From Octopus bimaculoides (lineage: Eukaryota), in contig NC_068991.1 of assembly GCF_001194135.2 (NCBI RefSeq), forward strand, positions 40,707,994-40,768,025: a DNA stretch of 60,032 nucleotides. The letters run 5' to 3'. The translations under genes and the position numbers were made by a program. Below the pieces are notes generated by a model. The model worked only from the letters and a program-made list of their open reading frames with translations. It did no database searches and was not told the origin of the DNA. Below are positions 25,935 to 36,500 of this stretch, piece after piece. Numbering within the stretch: position 1 is the first letter of the stretch; every line of letters starts with the position of its first letter.

Positions 25935-26523
25935 ACGCACACAGTCTTTTTTCAGCTTACATCTACCAAATCCACACACAAGGTTTTGGTCAATCTAGGG
26001 CTATGATAGAAGACACTTGCCCAATGTACCATGCAGCGGAACTGAATCCAAAACCACGTAGTTTCAAAGTGAATATCATATACTCACAGCTATGTTTGTG
26101 CTTAATTGTAGCCCACAGACATGCTGTCTCTTTAATCTGCCTCTTTAACTGCAGCAACAACAGCAGCCCCTGAACCTAGTTACTTGCATACTATCTCCCA
26201 CCAAGGCCCATGCATCTCTTCCAATAACCCAAATAATCTAATCCACTTTTAGACCCTACACTAACTATTTCCATAATTTGGTATTCCCAAATTTGTTACT
26301 CTCTGAAATTTTCTCCTACTCACTTTTTCTTACAAAATAATATTTAAATGTGAACATTAATCATATCAGTCTGACCAGTGTTGTCAGAAAGATAACACAG
26401 GCCATGGACACCGACCATTCCTTCAAAAACGAGAAAAACAATTACATCCTTGTCATGTTGTTTTTCAATGATAAGTCAAGCAGGCAGACTTTACACGTGA
26501 TCACTTTTATTTACAATTCAGGA

Positions 26524-26563
<40 letters not shown>

Positions 26564-27528
26564 GCGCGCGAATAAAGGGACATAATCGAATGTTGCAATT
26601 CAGCTTTCTTAGACAGCCAAAAAAGTTGTGAGAAAACAAACAACTTTGTTGAATCTTCTCTCATAGCAAAATCCAATCTTCTGCAATGTCACAAAATCAC
26701 TCTTGTTGCATTTTATTTTCAGCTGGTTGTGGCAAAATGTTTGCATGTGAGGATGAACCTAACACTTATGATTGGAGTCGGCTCACTGAAATTAAGCGAC
26801 GAAACACTATGGTCCCTGCTCACCTTCGTTCAACATATCCTGCTGAGCTGCAAAACATTCCAAGTCCATTTAAAGCTGACATCACTCTGCCAAGATCTGC
26901 AAGCAAACGCAAACGGAAGAGTCCTGTCGTTTCTCAGGTAACATACTCTATATTCTACTATTGCCATTACTTTCTGTTTCTCCATTTGCTTTATAAATGT
27001 TCTTGCTATTATATTTCTGCTTCTTTTAGTCATTCCCTAGTTCTTTTCTTTTTTTCCTTTTTGTTTTAGCTTCACAGTTTTTCCCTTCACCTGCAATTTA
27101 TCTTACACTAATTGCTTTCAATTTCCTACCATCTCCATTCCCCTTTTTCCTGTGTGTATGTCTGTGTGTATATATATTAATTCGTATACTTAATGATATC
27201 CTGGTTCTACTTTTGTTTCTGTCGAAGACAGATTCAATTGAGCACTAACACCAAGGCAATGCTATACATTATGTGGTTGTACATATTATGTATGTGTGTA
27301 CATACGTATATATAGACATTATTTGGCATTAGAAAGGGCATGTGTGTGTATGTACATAGATATATATATATATTGGCATTAAGAAGGGCATCTTGGTACT
27401 AGGAAGAGCATCCAGCTGTAGAAACCTTTCCAAATCAGACTGGAACCTGGTGCAGTTCTCCAACTCATCAGCTCTAGTCAAATCGTCTAATCCATGCCAG
27501 CATGGAGAGCAGACATTAAATGATGATG

Positions 27529-27563
<35 letters not shown>

Positions 27564-30500
27564 NNNNNNNNNNNNNNNNNNNNNNNNNNNNNNNNNNNNN
27601 NNNNNNNNNNNNNNNNNNNNNNNNNNNNNNNNNNNNNNNNNNNNNNNNNNNNNNNNNNNNNNNNNNNNNNNNNNNNNNNNNNNNNNNNNNNNNNNNNNNN
27701 NNNNNNNNNNNNNNNNNNNNNNNNNNNNNNNNNNNNNNNNNNNNNNNNNNNNNNNNNNNNNNNNNNNNNNNNNNNNNNNNNNNNNNNNNNNNNNNNNNNN
27801 NNNNNNNNNNNNNNNNNNNNNNNNNNNNNNNNNNNNNNNNNNNNNNNNNNNNNNNNNNNNNNNNNNNNNNNNNNNNNNNNNNNNNNNNNNNNNNNNNNNN
27901 NNNNNNNNNNNNNNNNNNNNNNNNNNNNNNNNNNNNNNNNNNNNNNNNNNNNNNNNNNNNNNNNNNNNNNNNNNNNNNNNNNNNNNNNNNNNNNNNNNNN
28001 NNNNNNNNNNNNNNNTATATATATATATATATATATATATATACTTGCATAATGAAGAGGCATAGCCTAGTGATTAAGGTGTTGAACTCACAATCTCACA
28101 ATCATGATTTCCATTCCCAGACTTGGTGGTGTGTTATGTCACATTGCTCTGCAATCATTTTGACATCTGATGTGTGTGTATATATATATATATATATATG
28201 TAGCATTCATTTTGACATCCTTTTTTTTACATGCTAGCGCAGTTTGGACAAATGTTTTTATTGAGGTTTTGTTTTACAGCCCTTCCTATTGCTAACTTTT
28301 CTTGTCTTTCAACCAGGGAAGTTCTTATTTCATATGTCTGATTTTATAAACCAGCTTCCTTCTCCTTATAATGTTAAGTGGGATGGTGGGTTAGCAGAAT
28401 TATTAGAATATAGGACAATATGCTATGCGATAGTCCTTCCAGCTCTTTACATTCAGAGTTCAAATCTAGCCCAGGTCAACTTTGCCTTTCCATCCCTCTA
28501 GAATCTATAAAGTACTAGCCAAGTACTGGGATTGATTTCACTAACTCCCAAAATTTGAGGCCATGTGCTAATGTTGGAATCAATTAGACAGTAAAATTTA
28601 CCATTAATGGTTGTTTTGTATTGTTATGTTTGTTTTACTTTTTGTTTGTTACCCCTTCCTTTGCTTGAATCTTCAGAAAAGACATGTTAAAAGTGGAGTT
28701 CAAAATAATTTACAGCAAGTGAGAATTAAAAAAATCAATGAAGAAAACACACCCCGTTCTGATAAACGATTACGAATAAAGTCACCCGTTGGGCAGAAGG
28801 AGGTGAGATCTTTCAGACATTCATGCCAAAACACACTCGTGATAGCATGTAATAAAAATCCCTACTAACCCCACTGAATAAATTCATACATACAGTTTTA
28901 AACAAAAGATTAATAAATGATCCTTTAATTTTGAATCATTGCACTGAAATATCTATATGATGCTCTTGTACTCTGAAATTTTGCATGCTAAAGACAAAAT
29001 TATTTATTTTCATATTTGCTGACATGTAAAAGGCACCCATGCCAGTGACACATACAGATCACTCATACTGGTGACACGTGAAAGGCACCCATACTATTGA
29101 CACAAGACACCCGGTACACTCTGTAGAGTGGTTGGTGTTAGGAAGGGTGTCCAACCATACAAGCCAAAATAGACTGGAGCCTAGTGCAGCTCTCTAGCTT
29201 ACCAGCTCCAATGAAACCATCTAACCCATGCCAGCATGGAAAACAGATGTTAAATGATGATGAATTCCTGCATAACACAACCAACTTATATGTTTCCAGT
29301 TGACCAGCTCCATGTCAAACTGTCCAACCCATGCCAACATGGAAAGCAGACATTAAATGATGATGATGAGGATAATGATACACATATATACAAGATTGCC
29401 TCAACTTGTCAGATGATAGCTGTCTCACATTATTGTGAGCTATCTGTATGTCATTGGTTTTAAGTACAACACGTTTGCCACTCTCTCAGTTACCATAGTA
29501 GGTTCCAGTGACAAGCATTGCAAGATGACAGGTACTATTTTGACTGCAAGTTTTATATCAGAGTATCTTTCTCTTAGAAGAGCTGCCTTCCCCACAGTTT
29601 TGTCAAAAATAACTGGAGCCTCTTCTATCCCTGAGAAATCTGTTTAACCCATAGATGGGATCCTGACAGAACAAACCTGGCAGTTATAGTAATTAAGGAA
29701 TGACTCCATACTCTCCAGAACTCCTGAACTGGAACCTCATCACTGAATACAGTTTAATGTCCTGCATACATACACACACAGCCATTGTGGCATCTCTACT
29801 GCAGGATGAATGCCATTTTGAAGTGTGTAGAAGGAAGTAGTATTTATTGAGTCACAAAGCGGTTTCAACTTTGTGTTAATTTAATTTAGGCATCTTAGTT
29901 TGGTGGAATGTTAATTTCTTTGAGGACATGGAGAATGAATTCATAAAAAGAAAAATGTGTCCTGCCCCAAAGATACATGGTTGCCATGTTTTTGTTATTT
30001 CTTGATGTAAACCCATTGAAAATTTTGGAAAACCTTAGAAATGTTTATAAAAGGTTATTTTGGTGTGCATGCTCTGTCTGATCTTTTATTTTATCATGAA
30101 TAGAACTAAGTTCTTAAGGTTTTTACAATGTATTCATTTTCAGTATACTGGCCGACCAAGCATGGCATTTGATATAAGCAACACACCCAAATTAGCTCGT
30201 CGCAGACAGAAAGGGCGGTCTACAATTTTAGTAAGTTAAATATGAACAAAGGAAAAATATGTTACACAATCTATGTTCAAGTGTGTTTAACATTTGTATG
30301 GTTGTGTGTTCAATGTTTGTATGTCTATTTTGTTTTGAAGAAGTTCAATTGTACAAAGAGTTTTCACCCTAAAGATCATTCTAGTGATTTCTCTTCAGAT
30401 CAATAATTGACCTGATTTTGATTCTCCCCTACATCTTCTTCCCATTGACTCTGTATTACAGTAGATTTTCTTTATCTGGCTTCTATTAACATCTTCTGCT

Positions 30501-33500
30501 ATTGCAGCAAGTCACTAGGGCTGCTACACTATTTCCTTTGATGCCTTTAGCATTTAAATTTTAGAAAGCATTTTCTATTTACTACCATTATTTATAAATA
30601 TTTCATCAAATTAACTCACTTTAGAGCTCAGCTTTAAGAAAAAAGATTTTTTTTTTTTAATTACTGTAATATTTGTTTTGCTATTTCTCAGAAATTTCAT
30701 TCTTGTTAAATATTGAATTCTTTTTTCGAGACCATCATTGGCCTTTTCTGTTTTATTTTCAATGTTAGCAAGAATTAGTGAGATATTCAAAATATACCTT
30801 CCTCATTAGGTGTCATTTATTTATATGGTTTACTTAGGTCAAAGGAGCCCAAAAACCTTTACTAACTCTTTAGTTTATATCCATTTTCCATATCTGTAAG
30901 TGGATGTCTACTGAAAATAAGTTGGTAGGTATGAAATACTGGAAGAGACTAATGTATCAGGTGGACTGGAAAGAAGATGATATATAATTATCTAGAAACC
31001 ATTTAACTTTTTGGCTGTAGCTTAATGTTTGTTCACCTATTATTTCTGATCACCAATCCTCATTCACCTACTAGCCTCAGGTTGGGTGGGCTGAATTGAG
31101 CTACATGCATTAACTTATTAACACCAAATAATTCATTTTAAAATCATTATTGCAATGTATATTAACTGAATCTTTTCCAAAGGACGACCAATTTCTGTTT
31201 GAAACGGGCTAAGTATAGTCTATTATGTGCACAAAAAACTGAATGTAAAGAACCAGAAAACAGTTTTACATTGACTGAATTCTGCAATATGTACAGAAGT
31301 AACTTTGGGGGCAATTGGCAATACCTGCCAATTAACAGGGTTCTGCAAACAGAGTGGAAGCTATCCATGGTGTAAGCAAGAAAACCAAGTCGTCAGGAAG
31401 AAACCATGGGCCACATTTGAGGATGTTGGGTCTTGTGAAAGATTATGCAGAATCAAAACATTCAGACATATACTGTACTGCAAACTTGTTCACTTTATGC
31501 TGACATATTGAAATGATAGGATCTTCACAAGAGAATATTTAAATTGATCACATTGAAATTAGTTCAGGTAGAGATAATGGCAAATATGGCCATTAAGCAA
31601 ATTTATTTCACTCTTGCCAACATAGAAAATAGAACATAAGCTGGTTTTGGTGGTCTTCCACTTTTTTTTTTTCATCTTTTTTAAGTGGAATACATCTAGT
31701 TTCGGTTGCAGGTTATCTCACATGACATGTTAGATTTCAAAATAAATATATATATATACAATAAGGCAGTGAGCTGGCAGAATCATTAGAATGTTCTGAG
31801 TTCAAATTCTGCTAAGGTCAACTTTGCTTCTCATCCTTTCAGGGTTAGGAAAATAAGTACCAATTGAACACTGGGATCCATATAATCGACTCACCCACTC
31901 CCCTGAAATTGCTGGCCTTGTGCCAAAATTTGAAATCAGTGTATATATACAATATGTGTTTTTGTTTAATTCTGTCTCAGCCCACAAGTGAATGGTAAGA
32001 TTTTCATTTGCCCTAACTTAACCACTAATTCCGTATTGACATTCCTATTACAAAATACTGAATGTTGTGACGTTTTTATTTCACAAGTTCTATCCTTATT
32101 ACCAGAACCTGCTGGGTATTTCTTATTCCATCAGCTGAAAGCTGATTCTGGATCTTATTAGTAATCAATACTTATGTTGTTTTGCATCATTTAAAATAAT
32201 GTCAAAATAATAAACATTGCCCAGAATTAACCCAATATTGAAAAGTAACAAAATTCTTGAAATGTTTTATTGGTGTATGTGTAAAAAGCAAGGATATTAT
32301 TTACTGACTTTTCTGGCCCTTAAAGTCTAAAAATATGGATAACTGGGTCACTTAACTCTTTAGCATTCAGATTAGTCAAATATAATACTCATTTATTCAT
32401 ATTGTTTTGAATTAGTTATGTATTATCTCATAGCAATGATGTGGTTGTTTATTGCTAGAATGACATTGTAGGGCAGGTGTTAGAAGCTTGATCTGACCAG
32501 TTTGAACATAAAACATTTAGAGTATTTGAGCTAGATATGGCCAGTTTGAATGCTAAAAGGTTAAAGCATTTATTGTTCATACGAATTAAGAGACTTGGTG
32601 TGTGTGTGTGTGCAGGGGGGGGGCATGAGGCAAGATATGTATCCAAAAAGGGAGTGAGGCACTGCAGAGATAACAATAGGAAGGGATGTGGATTTAAAAT
32701 GATATATTGTGCATTTGGTGTAGATCTGGTCAGTTATAAATAGCAAATAGCATGGTGTTACTTAAAACAATTTCAATTCTCATGCACAAGAACTGTTGTT
32801 TGACTTGTAAATTAGATGTTGAAAGACATTTAGAAAAATACAAAACCTTTTTATAAAAGTATGGTTTTTTTTTTTTTTACAATTAGAGTTGTGTGACAGG
32901 CTGAGTGTGATGTTAGACTCATGTTATTTGCACTTGTATTGTTTATTTCATAAAACTTGTTTGGAAAACATATTTTATGGTGACTACAAATGACCATGAC
33001 AATAGTGTGTCTACAAAGGAAAGAATTGATAATTCCTCTCCTCACAATACTGCAGTATCTTCATGGCCTCTTTTTAAATAGATATGATTAGGAAGATATG
33101 GTTTAGCATAGAGGCTAGCAGAAACATTGTACAATTAACAATTTGCTTTGTTATCTTAGAACATTACCAATAAGTTTGACTACAAATTTGAGTTATGGTG
33201 GAGGTATCAAATGCTAGAGTTCTAATCAGTTTTATGACCACCACACCCTAAAGTGCTTGGTATGGATAAATCTTTTAGAAGGCTATTTATGGGTTATTTT
33301 GCCTCCAATGATTGAAGTATGAGTGTATTGGCGAGAAAAGGGTTTTAAATTATATATTTTTAGTAAATAACTTGAAGGTTAGTGCCTTCTAAGATCAGTT
33401 ATGAAAAATGTGTAACTTTATTTAAGCATGACCTGAAGGACTAAACTGTCCTATATATATATATATATTGTTGCCAGTGCCGCTGAACTGGCTCCTGTGC

Positions 33501-36500
33501 AGGTGGCACGTAAAATACACCATTTTGAGCGTGACCATTGCCAGTACCGCCTGACTGGCCTTCGTGCCGGTGGCACGTAAAAGCACCCAATACACTCTTG
33601 GAGTGGTTGGTGTTAGGAAGGGCATCCAGCTGTAACTCACAAATCAAGGAATTGTGAGAGGGGCAGGGCATTTGAGGAGGAGAACTTGTGACAGAGATAC
33701 TGAAGCAGGTGTCTTGTCTCAATGGAAGGGGCATTAGAGAAGGTGATCCAGTATCATATGATGACAGCTTAGTGTAACAGAGAAATAGGTGTCTTGCTAT
33801 AGAGAGGGTACATGGCTACCCAGTGAGAGAGAGAGAGAGATTTCTATGCTTCTGAATTTGTTGAGGTTTTCTGTTTAGGAATTATCAGATTACATAATAT
33901 ACCCACACTCATTAGAGCCTAATAAGGAGTATTCTGATAAATATATTTATTGATTAAAATGGTTTATAATTATTATTTAGCTAAGTGTTATCAATGTCTG
34001 TTTCTGACACCACACTGAAACTATTCAAAAGTTTTGATATTTAAATAATTCTCTAACTGCTAACATCATTCATTAGTCTGTCACTTTATGCCTAACTAAG
34101 AAATCAATATTATTATTTATTTTGTATTGTGATTGTTAACAGGAAATTCTTCCAACCCCAAATATTATAACAATTTTTTGTTTTTCTTGAGAACTGGAGA
34201 GGAGTACTTTCCAAAGTTTTTCTATCATTTTTTATTATTATTTTTTATTTGTATTTATATTTCATTTGTAATTTTCCAAAAGCAAATGTAAATCAAATAC
34301 TGAACTTAGCCATACCCTGTTATTTCTTGAAATCAATTTAGCCAGTTTTGTGATCTTTATTGTTGTTGATTCTAAATTAGCTTCTATTTTTTGTTATTGT
34401 CTCTACAATTAGCTAATACAGCTAATTCTCTTCTCCATTGAAATACTAATCTTTATAGTTATCAATCTTTCATGGTGACCATATGTATATCACATAACTA
34501 AAATTGCACCAAAAACTTTAGATTTCCATAGTCCTGAAGTGTTAGAGACTGTACAAAGTACAAATATGTCTCCAATCATATAATAATTTTGCTTGTCATT
34601 CCGTAACTCAGCTGGTCAGTAATGTTTTCATGTTATTAGAGAAAAAGAGGAAGAGAGAAGCATCCATGATGTGAGGTAGAGGCAATGTAATTGTAACGCT
34701 TTCACATGGTTAGTTGAAGGAAAAGAGAGGAGAAAGACAAAGGAGAGAGAGAAGCATCCGTGACATGGGGTAGGAGGAATGTAATATTTATTATGTGGTT
34801 AAAAAAGTTAGTTGAAGATAGTGATGATATAGAGGAGTTAAAAATATAATTTTAGCAGAGGGGTGATGTTCTGATGGCGAGATTAAAGAAAAGCAAAGAG
34901 AGAGAGGTGCTGGGATGGCAGTAGTGATTAGATAGTGAAAAGTATTTTTTTTTTAATTGAACTAAGTTTTTTATATCACCTATCACTTAATGCATGCACA
35001 TAAGTGTAATTCCATGAAATATTCACACTTATTTACATGACAGAAATATGCAATTTAACTAAAGGTTGTACCATATGTATGGGATATTTTTGTTGGTTTA
35101 TGGGAAAAATGGAAAAATAAGAGTGAATATTTATACTGAGTGCTGTGTATTATAAAGTTGTGCATAAAGTATATAAAGCGCATTAAGTAATCATCATATT
35201 CCAATTTCTTACACTTTTCAATGAGTAGCAGATAAGCAACTATCTTTCCAGACACAACATACACTATACTTTCAGATTTTTTGGATAAAGTTTTCAGAAA
35301 TAACACAAAAGGTTTAACATTAATTCCATGAAATATTCACGGGTCCTGCAAGTACAAATTACTGTTCATACATGTGGAATGGTGTACATGCACAGTCTGG
35401 GCTGCATGCAGGGGGGAAAAAAGACCTTTGTATGATTGCTGAACCAACATTTCCCTTTCATATTTGCTCATTATTGTTTTTGTTGCTGTTGTAATTAGAC
35501 ACAGTTGTTGATATAAAAGTAAGCTCCCCATTAACACAACTTCTAGATTATTTCTATCTATAACTTTCTCGTAATTTTGAAACTATCATCGACAATGAGG
35601 ATAGTAATAGTTGTACATGGGATGGCTGAGGACAAAATTGTGAAGTCCTGATTCACACATATAAATCAATCAATCTCTCTCTCACCCTTGTCTACTGTAT
35701 CATAATTACTATTCTGTCACTCTTCACCCTCATCATCATTGTCATCCTCCCACCTTTCACTATATCTGTCCCTTCAACCCTACTCAGTTTCTATAATGGT
35801 CACCTACTCTTCGCTAGTTTCTTTATGCACTCAGCACTAGTTCTTCTTCCATTATATTCACTACCTCAGCCATTCTCCATCTCACACTCTCCCATACACT
35901 CTTTCGACTTCTCCCTACCCACACTCCCAGTTCTTCTGCTCTCGTTTACTTCTACTCACCTCATATCTCGAGGGTTCACACTGCTACCTCTTCACCACTA
36001 ATTTATCTCTTCCTCAATTACTCTATCCCTATTCTAAATTTCTTTACAGCAAGAAACTTGTTTTGCTCTAGCCCCCTTTCTCATACTTTAACTTCTCATC
36101 TCCTTGCATAAAGCTGTCTTTCTTGGGGTTTATAGTCTTGGAAACTGCATGGCAGCATCACCAGTGCTGGTGGTATGAAAAATGCATCTAGTACACCCTG
36201 TAAAGTGGTTGGTGTTAGGAAGGACTCAGAAATTAGGCCAAAGTAGACATTGGAGCACAATGCAGTCTTCGGACACATCAGTTCCTATCAAACTGTTCTC
36301 GCCCATTCAAGCATGGGATACAGACATTAAATAACAATGATGTTGATGATGAACTTCAGTTTTAATTCAACTTGTATTGCAAAACAGATTCATCTTTAAG
36401 AGATATCAATAAAATATGTTGGTATTAAAGAGAAGATGGGACTAAAACAAATAGGACCTTGTTTAGAATGCAGAGAACAAATATAAACAATTTCACTATC

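Noticed and set aside
25772-26173. Poly-LS / poly-ER ORFs
   Set aside because: Translations of the (TC)n microsatellite.
27393-28065. ORFs spanning the first gap
   Set aside because: Artefacts of N runs and (TA)n.
31183-31212. Alternative terminal exon DDQFLFETG*
   Set aside because: Weak acceptor and no supporting homology.
33765-33825. Box C/D snoRNA
   Set aside because: An ATGATGA box C is present, but there is no CTGA box D or terminal stem; lies in repeat-derived DNA.
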